Positions 32,935 to 44,334 of a stretch of 64,000 nucleotides of DNA are shown piece by piece. Numbering within the stretch: position 1 is the first letter of the stretch; each line of letters opens with the position of its first letter. The stretch is from Rebecca billardiae RCC1528 (taxonomy: Eukaryota > Protista > Haptophyta). The stretch spans positions 744,001 through 808,000 of the forward strand of contig OZ251243.1 in assembly GCA_965240325.2 (NCBI GenBank). Reading direction: 5' to 3'. A model generated the notes under the pieces. It made no database searches, was not told the origin of the DNA, and was given only the letters and a program-made list of their open reading frames with translations. The position numbers were made by a program, and so were the translations under genes.

Positions 32935-35174
32935 ATGGCCTTGAGGATGTACTGCCGGCCATCGCGGCGGGCGCTCTTCCTCCTCGCGAGCGGCATGCTG
33001 CCGCTCGCGATCGTCACGCGCGCAGCAACGTCTCCAGGCCACGCGGGGCGCCCCCGCCCGACGAAGAGCCCCACGGAGATGGGCGCAGTGCAGTGGTACG
33101 ATACGCGCTGCGGCGCCGAGCCGCCGACGTGCCGCAGGCGCACGCCGCGCGGTCGACCGCTCTGGATGAGCCCCCCTGCGGTGCTGCGCGCGCTGGTCCT
33201 CGCCTGCATGCGCTGCCCAGGCGCGGCCGCGCACTCCAAGGCAAGTACACGGGCAAGGACGGCGGGGACGCCAGCATCGGTGTCGATGGCGACGACGAGA
33301 CCAACATGTTCACGGGGACAGCCGGCGACGACCTCTTCTACGGAGGCAACGGCGGGTCGATGGCCGGCGCTGGCGTGTACTATCACGGCGGCAACGCCGT
33401 CAACACGTTCAAGGTGCGTGAGACGCCGCCAGCCCCCGCGTCGCTGTGTGTGCCCCGCGCGCAGCCGGAGACAGGCCGCACGGCACGCATCGGCCGTGGG
33501 GGGCGCGCCGCCCGCCCGCCCGCAGACACGCGCGCACCCGCGTGCCATCGGCTCACGCGCGCCTCGGCGCTCCCTGGCTGCGCCCATGCGCACGCTGCGC
33601 CGATCCGCAATGCCGAACCTCGGCGGTTGCCATCACCGCTGCCCCGCCTACGCGCGCGGCGCGCACGCGCGCGTGGCGCACGCACGCAGGGCGGCGCGGG
33701 TGACGACCGCTTCTACGGCGGCTCCGTAACCGGTGGGCTTGGATATAACGGTCACGTGTACAACAACTTCTACGGAGAGGATGGTAACGACTACCTTGCG
33801 TCGGGCACGGCGAGCGGCCAGACTTGGAACACTTTCGATGGTGCGCGGCAGCGGGGCGTGCGCGCGCGCGCGCGGCGTCGATCGATCGGGCGAGCGGCCT
33901 GCCCGCTGCGTGGCCTCAGCCAGGGTCGGGCCCGGAGCAGCGCGGTGCACGGCTGCTGCTGCGGCGGCGGCGGCGGCGGCGTGCACATCCGATGCGATCG
34001 TGCACGCCCCTGTCACCTGCCATCCGCGCGCCCTGCGCACGGCGCAGGCGGAGACGGTGACGACATCCTGCGCCTGGACGGTGCAGGATGGTACTCGGTC
34101 AACGTGCTGACCGGTGAGCGCGCGCGCGGTGCGGTGTACGTGGCGAATAAGCATGGCCATCAAGGAGGAAGGAAGCTAGCAGTGCTGCCGTGATTGCGGC
34201 GCCGCGCATGCACGCTCGCGCCGCGTGCTGCTGCCGCTCGAGCCCCCGGTGCGCGCGCCCGCGCCTGCCCGACCTCGCGCGCAGGGGGGTCCGGCTACGA
34301 CCGCTTCTACGCGAACGCAGAAGGCCATTTTATGGGCAGCACGACCATCTACGCGGCCGATGGCGAGTACGACAAGGTCTACGCGGCCGATGGCTTCTAT
34401 GACAAGATCTACGCGGACGACGGGGACTATGTCGATGCGGACATGATCGATGCGGTCGTTCGAGTGCCCGCACCGCCACCGCAGCCGCCGAGTCCTTTGC
34501 CAGCGCCACCGCCCTCGTCGCCGCCGCCATCATCGCCGCCATCATCGCCACCGCCACCGCCGCCACAGCCGCCACAGCCGCCGCCGCCGCCGCCATCGCC
34601 ACGACGGTCAGCTGCGTGTGGCGCCGTGTGCTTCTTCACGGTGTGCGCGCGTGCCGCGCCCAGCCGTGCGCGCGCGCGCCCGTCTGCTCCGGTGGCGTGC
34701 GATCGCCGGACTTGCGCACGCGCCCCGCGAGAGCGCGCACGCGCATGCGCCCGCCCGCCCCACGCGCCGGGCCGAGTGCGGGCCGCCTGCGGCCGCTCCG
34801 CGCGCGCGCGCGCTCAGCCGCCCCTGCGCCACCTGGGCGTCTGCCCGCCGCGCTGCCCGTCATCCATGCCGCCCACTGCGCCGCAGCTGGTGGCTACTCT
34901 GCCCTCTGTCGCCAAGAGGGTGTTTTGCCTCCTCCTGAACGACTGCGCCGCCAGCGAGCACCACGCTCACGTCATCGGGCCCTCCTCCTCGTCCCGCTCC
35001 CTCCTCGCGCCGGCGGCATCCGATTCTGACGAGGCCGCCGCGCTGGGTACCGCTGCCCTGGTCGTCGCCGGTGCGCTGGCCACGGTGCTCGCGCTCGCGC
35101 TCGTGCGCGTCACTGCTCGCCACCGGCACCGCCGCCTGCCTGCTGCCGCTCCGCGCAGTCCGCCTGACGAGTAG
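32935..35174 (+). CDS. Membrane-anchored RTX-like (GGxGxD Ca-binding repeat) protein with Pro-rich stalk; predicted exons 32935-33137, 33221-33413, 33690-33840, 34048-34113, 34285-34640, 34887-35174
   Basis: Signal-like N-terminus. Repeats GTAGDDLFY, GGAGDDRFY, GEDGNDYLA, GGDGDDILR, GGSGYDRFY. SPPPP stalk and C-terminal TM helix. Splice phases are consistent; intron 1 is GC-AG. Confidence 0.75.
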
Positions 35175-35399
35175 CCTGACGGGTAGCCTGATGGTATAGC
35201 TTAGCAGCAGCCCTGGCTGGTGTGACTGGTGTGACTCGCGAGTCGCGTCGTCCGCCGATCGCGTCGTCCGCCGGCCGGGCCCGGCGGCGTGGGCGGCGGT
35301 CGTGGCGGCCCTCGCACCGGAACGGCACCGGCGCACCGCCCATTTTTCGGGTCGTTCGCGTCCGGGTTGGCCTGGCTGAAGTCCTGCCCTGGCCTGCCG

Positions 35400-36122
35400 A
35401 TGCCGACGGCGGCGGTCGCAATCTCGGCCGGCCTCCTCGCGTGCACGGCCGCCAAGGCCGGGCTCATTCCGCGCACGAGTGTCCCTCGCATCGTCACAAT
35501 GGCGCACCAAGTGGACGCAAACGACGCCGAGTCGGCGGAAGGCGCGTGGCAAACGCTCAGCAGCACTGCCACCATCTCCTCACCGTGGCTGACGGTGCAC
35601 TGCGAACGGCTGCTGGACACCGGCGGCCAAACGTTGGACTACTGGCGCGTCGAGCGTGCGAGCTCCGCCGTCGTACTCACCATCCACCAAGACCACCTCG
35701 TCTTCCCCCGACCGCAGTACCGGCCGGGCGTGGGGCGGGTGACGCTCGACTTTGCGGGTGGCCGCGTACCGCGGGCGGAAGAGGGGACAGACGAGGATGC
35801 GACGGCTGCGGCGTGGGGGATTCTGGAGCGCGAGCTGGGGCTGGCGGACGCGCGCAGCGCCGTGCGCGAGCTCCGCGCCCTGAACAGCCCGGCGTGCGGG
35901 GGCTGGGCGGTGGACAGCTCCTTCTCCTCGCAGCGGCTCTTCGGCTTTGTGGCCACGCTCTCGGACGGCGCGCAGCTCGACGGGGCTCGGCTGCACCCGC
36001 GGAGGTACGACGTGCGCGATGCGGCCCAGATGGAGGCGCTCCTGTGGGGCGGGGAGCTGCGCTGCCTGCAGTGCCGCGCTGTGCTCATGGAGTGGCTCCT
36101 GTCACGGGCAAGTCGGCCGTAG
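35400..36122 (+). CDS. Nudix-fold hydrolase (ADP-ribose pyrophosphatase-like, degenerate Nudix box)
   Basis: SPWLTV..ERL..G..LDYWRVE..VVLT..QYRPGVGRVTLDFAGGRV..ILERELGL. Confidence 0.75.
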   Translation: MPTAAVAISAGLLACTAAKAGLIPRTSVPRIVTMAHQVDANDAESAEGAWQTLSSTATISSPWLTVHCERLLDTGGQTLDYWRVERASSAVVLTIHQDHLVFPRPQYRPGVGRVTLDFAGGRVPRAEEGTDEDATAAAWGILERELGLADARSAVRELRALNSPACGGWAVDSSFSSQRLFGFVATLSDGAQLDGARLHPRRYDVRDAAQMEALLWGGELRCLQCRAVLMEWLLSRASRP

Positions 36123-36727
36123 GCGTACGGTAGTTATGACAGTGGCATGCAAGAACAGTTGTCAGTTGATGATGGCAAGTTGCCCCGAACTCTGACGGTC
36201 TACGCGGTGTCTATTGTACGCGTACTCTACGGGGTAGGTGGGCAGCCAGGGGCTGGCGGCAGCCGAGAGGGGCCGCTTTCCCCCGCCCCCGCAGCTGCGA
36301 AGGCGGTGGGGGTGCGCTGCTTGCCTCCGCGGGCGAGCAGCGCGCCTCAGTTACTGTGAGTCAGTTATTTTATTATAAAACGGTGTACGCCGCGCATGTG
36401 GAATTGTGGACCTGCCCACGACCCTTATTGTCCGCCCGTCTTCCAGTTCTTCCCTTCGGCTGGGGCTCGATCAGTCGACGCGGCGTCGCTCACAGCGCAG
36501 GCAGGTGTTTGGCGTGGCTGCACTCTCGAGGTGGCTGGGATACAACATCCAGGTGCAGCACCCTCCCCGTGTGGTGTCAGAGCGCGCTCTCGAGCGCGTG
36601 CCTCCCGGAGCGCGGGGCGGCCGCTTGCTTTAATGGCCGCCTCGATGAGGTGCGGCAACGCGCCCCTCACCTGCCTGCGCCGGTCTGTTTTGTGGCGGTG
36701 TCTTTGTGCAGTGTTGGATGGCGTCAA

Positions 36728-36840
36728 TCACGCCTTAACCAAGTGTGCACGTTAAATCATAGTAAACTGTACAGTACGGTAGTAGTCAGTCAGTAGAGTA
36801 CAGATACAGTTTACTAAGAATGAGAGTCGCACCCCGCTCA
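36728..36840. mobile_element. Back-to-back MITE ends (right end to 36769, left end from 36807) separated by a TAC/TAG/CAG-rich tract
   Basis: TAGTAAACTG|TA ... TA|CAGTTTACTAAGAAT. Confidence 0.65.
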
Positions 36841-36929
36841 GTCAAAAGTGTAACAAGTGTGACATGTCACATGACCCTTCCGCTTCCGCGGCTGTGCGCA
36901 GCCGCGCCGTCGGGGTGCCGAGCCGCCCG

Positions 36930-38717
36930 ATGCTCGAGGACGGAGCGGCGGCGCATCTGCTCCCGCCGGGGCCGGCGGCCGCGCGCGATGCGCGAAGGTG
37001 GTGGTCGGCACTGCTGCGTCCGATCCGGGTGCCGATCAGCCTCGCCGTGTCGCTCGTCGCACTCACGTGCCTGCTCGCGATCAGCGCGCTCGTGGACCGA
37101 CGCACCGAGCGCATGCGGCAGTTGCCGGTGGCAGCCGGATGGGACTGGCACCCACCGCACACGCTGGAGCTCGGCGTGGACGAGGGCAGCTTCCTCCACA
37201 TCACCGATGTGCATACCGAGCCGTACTACGACGCGACGAGCCCCAACCCGCTCATGAAGGCGTGCAGATCGTACGAGCCGACCGATTGCTCGAGCGCCCT
37301 CTCGATGGCGCAGTATGGCGCGATCCCGAAGGTGGTCGAGTTCAAGTTTGGGAGGCTGATGTGCGACGGCCCGTGGCTGCTGCTCAAGACGGCACTCGAG
37401 GCGGCGAAGCTCGTCCGGCGCGAGCCCGACTTCATCGTGATCACCGGCGATTTTCCGGCTCACCACCTGCTCTGCCGGCGCACGGAGCTGGACGTAATCG
37501 CCAACGTGACGGCAACGGTCGCCGCGGTCTTTCCCAATGCGCTGGTCGTGCCGACCGTGGGGAACAACGACTTCTTCCCCGACTACAACATGACGGTCGC
37601 GCCGGACGGCGAGGTGCACGACCAGCTCGAAGAGCTGTACTCGCTGTGGCGTCCGGCCGGCTGGCTGCCGGCCGGCAGCGAGCGCACATTTGCCCGCGGC
37701 GGCTTCTACAACGTCACGTCGCCCCGCTCGTCACGGCTGAGGCTCCTCGCGCTCAACTCGCTACTGTGGTCGATCAAGCGGCGGCATGGCTCGCCGGCCG
37801 TCGAGGCAGGCTGCCCCGACCAGGCCGGCAGCGGCGGCGGAGGACCAGACCCGGCGGGACAGTTCGCGTGGCTCCGCGCGCAGCTCGAGGATGCGCACTC
37901 GCTTGGGCAGAGAGCCTACCTGTTCGGCCACATCCCGCCGGGCTCGCAGAAAGGCGTCGCGCCCAACTACTGCGCGTACTACCTCGACGAGCTCGTGTCG
38001 CTCGTGAGCCAGCACCGCGAGACGGTCGGCGCGATGATCTTCGGCCACCACCACATGGACCAGTTCCGGGTGATGTGGGATGAGTCGAACGCGAGCGCGC
38101 CCGCTCCGTACTCGGCCGTCCTCATCGCGCCGCCGGTCACGTCCTCCGGGCGGAACAACCCGGCGTTCCGGTACATGGTGTACAACCGCGAGTCCGGCGG
38201 GCTGCTCGATTGGGTGGGCTACCTGCTCTCGCTGCAGCGCGCCAACTACCACGGCTTCTCCGCCGCCGACGCGCCCAGGCTGGCGTGGCGGCAGTTCTAC
38301 AGGCTGCGCGAGGCGTTCGGCAGCGCGGACGCGAGCCCTGCGTCGCTCGCCGGCATCTACCAGAAGATGATCCACTCGGAGGCGCTGATGTCCACGTACA
38401 TCGACCACGCGTACGGGCATTACCTCGGCGAGGAGGACTACGTGGGATACCTGTGCGACATACGGTATGTGCACTATCCGACCAACTCGGAGTGCAAGCG
38501 GCTGGGGCGCGAGGTCCCGGTTCAAGACCACGCGCCCGGGAGCGAGCCGGTGCTGCGCGATCGGCCCGGGGCATCGGGTGCTGATTCCGCCGACGACTCT
38601 AATGCGGGCGGCGCCGGCGTGCCGTCTGCGCCCGGCGGTGGCCTCGAGGACGGCTGGGGCGGCGGCGCGTCGTCATCGGATGACGGCGCCGGCAGCGATT
38701 ATGACGCCACCGCGTAG
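36930..38717 (+). CDS. Acid sphingomyelinase-like metallophosphoesterase (SMPDL3/PPN1-like), type II membrane
   Basis: FLHITDVH, FIVITGDFPAH, PTVGNNDFFP, DPAGQFAWL, GHIPPG, FGHHHMD, NNPAFR; N-terminal TM helix. Confidence 0.9.
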   Translation: MLEDGAAAHLLPPGPAAARDARRWWSALLRPIRVPISLAVSLVALTCLLAISALVDRRTERMRQLPVAAGWDWHPPHTLELGVDEGSFLHITDVHTEPYYDATSPNPLMKACRSYEPTDCSSALSMAQYGAIPKVVEFKFGRLMCDGPWLLLKTALEAAKLVRREPDFIVITGDFPAHHLLCRRTELDVIANVTATVAAVFPNALVVPTVGNNDFFPDYNMTVAPDGEVHDQLEELYSLWRPAGWLPAGSERTFARGGFYNVTSPRSSRLRLLALNSLLWSIKRRHGSPAVEAGCPDQAGSGGGGPDPAGQFAWLRAQLEDAHSLGQRAYLFGHIPPGSQKGVAPNYCAYYLDELVSLVSQHRETVGAMIFGHHHMDQFRVMWDESNASAPAPYSAVLIAPPVTSSGRNNPAFRYMVYNRESGGLLDWVGYLLSLQRANYHGFSAADAPRLAWRQFYRLREAFGSADASPASLAGIYQKMIHSEALMSTYIDHAYGHYLGEEDYVGYLCDIRYVHYPTNSECKRLGREVPVQDHAPGSEPVLRDRPGASGADSADDSNAGGAGVPSAPGGGLEDGWGGGASSSDDGAGSDYDATA

Positions 38718-38750
38718 CGACCGCCGCCATGCCTCATCAGCAGGTGATTA

Positions 38751-38965
38751 TGGCCCGCGGTGCAGCGGGCGGAGCGCGCAGCGTGGAGCCCGCACTGCGG
38801 GCCCGAACCACGTTTCAAAAAGATCTTTGATCAAGAAAACAGGGACGGGGGCGATTCATTAGGGCTGGCGGAGACCCAGTTTCGAGTTTTTGAAATTCAT
38901 TTGAGATCGCATAGAGAGGTCTATTAGGCCGAAAAAGAGCGCGCCCACGATATCCCCTAAGTAAA
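38751..38965 (+). mobile_element. Helitron2-like element 5' end (copy E; 3' end not found)
   Basis: A|TGGCCCGCGGTGCAGCGGGCGGAGCGCGCAGCGTGG... matches 2598-2825. Inserted 33 bp after the ASM-like stop. Confidence 0.75.
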
Positions 38966-39584
38966 TTTCCGCAAGGCGCTCATCACTCGTCATTTGGCGC
39001 TGCTTCAGCAGTGGCCCAAGGCATGGCTCCGGGGCGTAGCCGCAGTGACACGTGCGCGCCGAGCTGGGCCGGGGGGACACCACACCCACCGGGGCTGCAT
39101 GTGCACTCACCTCCGTCCGGCGCTTGGGAGCTCGGCACCTAGCAAGTCTCGGCACCTAGCAAGTGTACGCCTTCGGCAATTCCCTCTACTCAGGGCTTGT
39201 TCCTGACGTCATTCCTGGCAGCTCGTGCGCAGCACACCGGCTGGCGCGCGCATCGCCCGGCATGCCAAACGAAGGCCACGTGGTGCAGCCGGTGTGATCA
39301 CACTTGCGACTTATCACACCACCATGGCAGCCAGCTTATGCGCAGCGCACCGGCTGGCGCGCGTCTCGCCCGGCATGCCGAATGAAGGCCTCTTGGCGGT
39401 GCAGCCGCGTGCCGGCCTACCACTTGAGCTTCACCATGCACGGCCCGCGCGTGGTCCGCGGGAGGCTGGGAGCCTGAACGCAGTGCAACAATCTACCGGA
39501 CTCTTCTGAATTCTGATCAGAACGTTGGCGGTTGGCCAGTGCCCGGCGCTTGCGGCGGCTAGTAGCGCGACTTGCCACCTGCCG

Positions 39585-40366
39585 ATGGACAACCTCGACG
39601 AGACCGCTCTCTCTCGCGCGCACGGCGCGGCGGCCCCTTACGGCTCGCCGCAAGATGGTAAGCACAAGACTGCACGTACGGCCTCGTCCAAGGAGGGTCC
39701 AGCGGACACGCTAGATGTCGACGAGGTGCGTTGTGAGCGAGCATGCATCCCGCGGGTTCTGCGAGCGCACTCTTGACAATAGCCGACCCGTCGCTTTGCG
39801 CAGGTGTTTGCCGCAGCTGTGCATGACCGCGAGACGGTTCCCCAGCAGAGTCAAACGGTATGTTCGTTTTGCGCGTGTGTGCACCCGCGAGGCCGGCAAC
39901 CACTCTCACATCCGCCCTTCCCTCACCTCTCTTTGCCCGCCACATGCAGCAAGATGATGCGAATGGCACGGAAGCTGCAGATGACGGCTGCCCAGCCGAC
40001 GAAGACGTCCCCAAACTGCCTCATGACATAGCGCACGGGTATGCGTGCGTGGAGAGTGCGTTGCAGTCCATGCACGACGCCAAGGACGGATCTGCGAACA
40101 CCTTGGCTCAGCTCGAGGCGGTCAAGGCAAAGGTGCTCTCGACAATCGACCAGAGCATTTCGCAGGTGTCGCTGCGGGAGCGGGCGTGCAAGCGCTCGCT
40201 GGAGAATCCGGAGTATGCGCGTGCTTGGGAGATTTTCAACGCAAAACGCGCAGCTGTGCACCAGATCTCGGATATCCTCACGAACGCTTTCGATGAGGTG
40301 AGCCGAATCGCATCTGATGCCCTTGCCCACGGCGCTGCGTTTGCAGATGAGACGCCGGCGCCGTGA
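39585..40366 (+). CDS. Hypothetical helical protein; predicted exons 39585-39725, 39804-39857, 39950-40366
   Basis: Two phase-0 GT-AG introns join MDNLDE..DVDE | VFAAAV..QSQT | QDDANG..ETPAP*. Confidence 0.55.
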
Positions 40367-40676
40367 CGCCGGGTTCACGAACGTTGACAGTCGTCTGTCG
40401 TTGGCTGTCTGAAGACCCTAGCTGCCACGCGGGATGCATGCACCATTCGACAATATAAACAGGCTATAGCGCTAGCAATATGACATACAGCGCGCGCAGC
40501 TGATGTAAAGACTAAAGATCGACTATACCGATCATACAGCAGATTAATTATTCTGACGAATATTAATTCTGCTGACGATCGATGATGACGCAAAATAATA
40601 ACGGGGCTAACGGCACGTATGCTGATCTGATAAGCGGACGGCATCATCGTCAAGCAGGCTCGTCAGCTGCTATAGG

Positions 40677-41563
40677 GCCGCAGCTGTGCATGACCGCGAG
40701 ACGGTTCCCCAGCAGAGTCAAACGTGAAACGGTATGTTCGTTTTGCGCGTGTGTGCACCCGCGAGGCCGGCAACCACTCTCACATCCGCCCTTCCCTCAC
40801 CTCTCTTTGCCCGCCACATGCAGCAAGATGATGCGAATGGCACGGAAGCTGCAGATGACGGCTGCCCAGCCGACGAAGACGTCCCCAAACTGCCTCATGA
40901 CATAGCGCACGGGTATGCGTGCGTGGAGAGTGCGTTGCAGTCCATGCACGACGCCAAGGACGGATCTGCGAACACCTTGGCTCAGCTCGAGGCGGTCAAG
41001 GCAAAGGTGCTCTCGACAATCGACCAGAGCATTTCGCAGGTGTCGCTGCGGGAGCGGGCGTGCAAGCGCTCGCTGGAGAATCCGGAGTATGCGCGTGCTT
41101 GGGAGATTTTCAACGCAAAGCGCGCAGCTGTGCACCAGATCTCGGATATCCTCACGAACGCTTTCGATGAGGTGAGCCGAATCGCATCTGATGCCCTTGC
41201 CCACGGCGCTGCGTTTGCAGATGAGACGCCGGCGCCGTGACGCCGGGTTCACGAACGTTGACAGTCTGTCGTTGGCTGTCTGAATGAAGACCCTAGCTGC
41301 CACGCGGGATGCATGCACCATTCGACAAATAAACAGGCTAGCGCTAGCAATATGACAGCTGCGCGCGCAGCTGTAAAGACTAAAGATCGACTACCGATCA
41401 TAGAGCAGATTAATTCATTAATTATTCGATCTGAGACTGACGAATACTAATTCTGATCGATGATGCAAATATAATTAAAATAATAACGGGGCTAACCGGG
41501 CACGTATGCTGATCTGATCATCGGACGGCATCATCGTCAAGCAGGCTCGTCAGCTGCTATAGG
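40677..41563 (+). repeat. Tandem partial duplicate of ~39810-40676 (lacks exon 1)
   Basis: Last-exon sequence nearly identical (one synonymous change seen). Downstream DNA differs by many small indels. Confidence 0.95.
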
Positions 41564-41784
41564 TCAGGGTCTGAGCGCGCGTTCACTGGCAGCCGCGTCC
41601 CTGGCGTCTGCGATCCGGATGCGCGGAGCCGACTGCCGACCGTGTCACGGCGCCGCGTCGCATTGATGTCGTCGCAGCGCGGTCGTGATGCAGCTCAGTC
41701 AGTCATTGGGGCCAGTCACGCCCAGGGGCTGCTGGTGACTCGAGGTGGGGAGTCTGCCGACGAGGGGAGCGCGTGGCTGCAAGC

Positions 41785-44068
41785 TTAGTCGTCCAGGTAG
41801 AAGTAGTTGCCCGCCTCCTTCTGCTCCTTGTCTTTGACGGACTCGTGCTTGTTGATCCGTGGCCTGCGCGCGCGGCGCGGGCGACGGACCGCGGCGGTGG
41901 TGTCAGGAGCCGGGGCAGGTGTGGTGCGATCGCCAGCGGCCGCGCCGGGCGTGCGGTGGCATCAGTGCAGTTGGACATGAAAGCTTGTCGCCACAGGCGT
42001 GTACCGACTCGTTGCGGCTCATCCTCTGCCCGGCACGCTGCGCCGCGCGCGCCCACGCGGCGCGCGCGCGCGCGCGCGCATGCGCGCGCGCGCACCTGTA
42101 GTTCTCCGGGTCTCTCCGGAAGGTGATGGACAGGCCCTGGAGGAAGCGGTTCATGCCGGTGAGCAGCGACTGCGGCGTGTTCGCCCTGCACGTGACGCCC
42201 GGTCGGCCGTCGTACACGATCACCTTGTCCGCGAGGTACGTCGCCATGATGAAGTCGTGCTCGACGATGAAGGCGCACTTCTTCGAGTGCATGATGAAGC
42301 GCTTGATCACCTTCGCGGCGACGATGCGCTGCTCCGAGTCGAGGTAGGCGGAGGGCTCGTCGATGAGGTAGATGTCGGCGACGGTGCCGAGCGAGAGCGC
42401 GATCGCCACGCGCTGCAGCTCGCCGCCCGAGAGGTGCATCACGTCCTGGTCGATCAGCGCGTCCATGTTGAGAGGCTTCATCACGTCCGACATGAACTGC
42501 GGGTGAATGTACATGTCCCGGATCTTCTTATGCAGCAGCGCGCGCACCGAGCCGTCGAACTTGGGCGAGATCTTCTGCGGCTTGTACGAGACGTTGAGCT
42601 GCGGCACGCGCGTGCCGTCGTCCGCCTCGAGCAGCCCGGCGAGCATCCGGATGAACGTCGTCTTCCCCGTGCCGTTCTGCCCGAGCAGCACGACGATCTC
42701 CGAGTCTGAGAAGCGGCCCGCCTCGATCTCGAGCTTGAACGTGCCGAGCGTCTTGGTCATGGCCGGGTACTCGTACCGCGCGTGCTTGTCCCCGCCCTGG
42801 TCGCGCTCGTCGGCCTCGGCCACCTTGAACGTGAGCGCCTCCTCGCGGAACCGCAGGTTCTCCGTCGGGATGAACCCCGCGAGGAAGATGTTGATGCCCT
42901 CCCGCACCGAGAAGGGCATCGTCACGACGCCGTACGCGCCCGGCACGCCGTACAGGCAGCACACAAAGTCCGAGAGGTAGTCGAGGACGGAGAGGTCGTG
43001 CTCGACGCAGATCACGTAGGTCTTCGGCTGCAGCAGCGAGCGGATGCACCGCGCCGCGTTCAGCCGCTGCTTCACGTCGAGGTACGAGCTCGGCTCGTCG
43101 AACATGTAGATCTGCGCGTCCTGCACGACGACGACGCCGATCGCAAAGCGCTGCAGCTCGCCGCCCGACAGGTCCTCGACGTTGCGCTCCTGCACGTCCA
43201 CGAGGTCGAGGACCTCGAGGATGGACTCCTGGCCCTCCTTCGCGTCGTACACGTTGCGCTCGTCCTTCTTCCGCAGGATCTCCGCCACCTGCCCCTTCAC
43301 CGCCTTCGGGATGTGGTCCACGTACTGCGGCTTGACGATCGCCTTGAGGTCGTCCTCGAGCACGCGCGTGAAGAAGTTCTGCAGCTCGCTGCCGCGGAAG
43401 TACTTGAGGATCTCCTCCCAGTCGGGCGGGTTGTCGAACTGGCCGAGGTTGGGCTTCTGCTTGCCCGCGAGGATCTTCAGCGCCGTCGACTTGCCGATCC
43501 CGTTCGTGCCCACCAGCCCGAGCACCTGCCCCGGCCGCGGGAGCGGCAGCCGGTGCAGCTTGAACGAGTTGGGGCCGTACCGGTGCGTCGTCGACGTCTC
43601 GAGGTTCTTGGGCAGGTTGATGATGCTAATCGCCTCGAAGGGGCACTTCTTGACGCAGATGCCGCAGCCGATGCACAGCTCCTCCGAGATCCATGCGATC
43701 TTCGAGCTCTTTGCCACCTCGATGCACAGCTTGCCTGCGCGGCACACGGGCGCGGCCGCGCGACGGCGCTCAGCGCCGGCCGCGCCTCGCCTTGCTGGCG
43801 CTGCGCGGGGCGGGGGCGAGAGCGGCCGGGGCAGCGCGCACCCATGCGCACGACGGGGCACCCCTTCTTGCACTCCTGCATGCACTTCTTCGGCTTGCCT
43901 GCACGCACATGCCAGTGCCACCGGGCGGCGCGCGTGAGCGAGCGGCGAGCGACGAGCGGCGCGCCGCGCGCGCGCACTGCGTCGGCGACGGGTGTGCAGG
44001 CGCGCACATTTCTCGGCGTTGACGATGGCGATACGGATCAGCGTCTCCTCCTCCTTCTTCTTGCCCAT
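41785..44068 (-). CDS. ABCE1: ABCE1/Rli1 ribosome recycling ATPase; exons 44068-44008, 43898-43842, 43734-42096, 41863-41785
   Basis: [15 protein letters not shown] and [13 protein letters not shown] Fe-S motifs, [14 protein letters not shown], two ABC cassettes ([26 protein letters not shown]), [20 protein letters not shown]. Canonical GT-AG introns. Confidence 0.98.
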
Positions 44069-44334
44069 GGCGCCCGCGCGCGAGCAGCGCCCGACGGAGA
44101 CGCGACGGTGAGTCCCAGGCCGGGCTTCCGCGTGGCCCGGGTGCGGCCTGCCTCGTGCGCAGGCTGCTGCCAAAATGATTGGCTGCTTGCGGGCTTGCGA
44201 AGCCGCCATCGTGCCCTTGATCGTGCACTCGCGCGGGAGGACTGGGCGGAACGAGCTGGACGTGAGCCTGCGTCGGTCTCGTCAGGGAGAAGGCGTGGCC
44301 CGGTCCGAAGAGCGGCTTCGTGGCGGCGGCCGCC
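44069..44334. promoter_or_regulatory. Probable bidirectional promoter between ABCE1 and eIF6
   Basis: 266 bp between divergent ATGs; contains ATTGG (reverse CCAAT) at ~44178. Confidence 0.5.
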
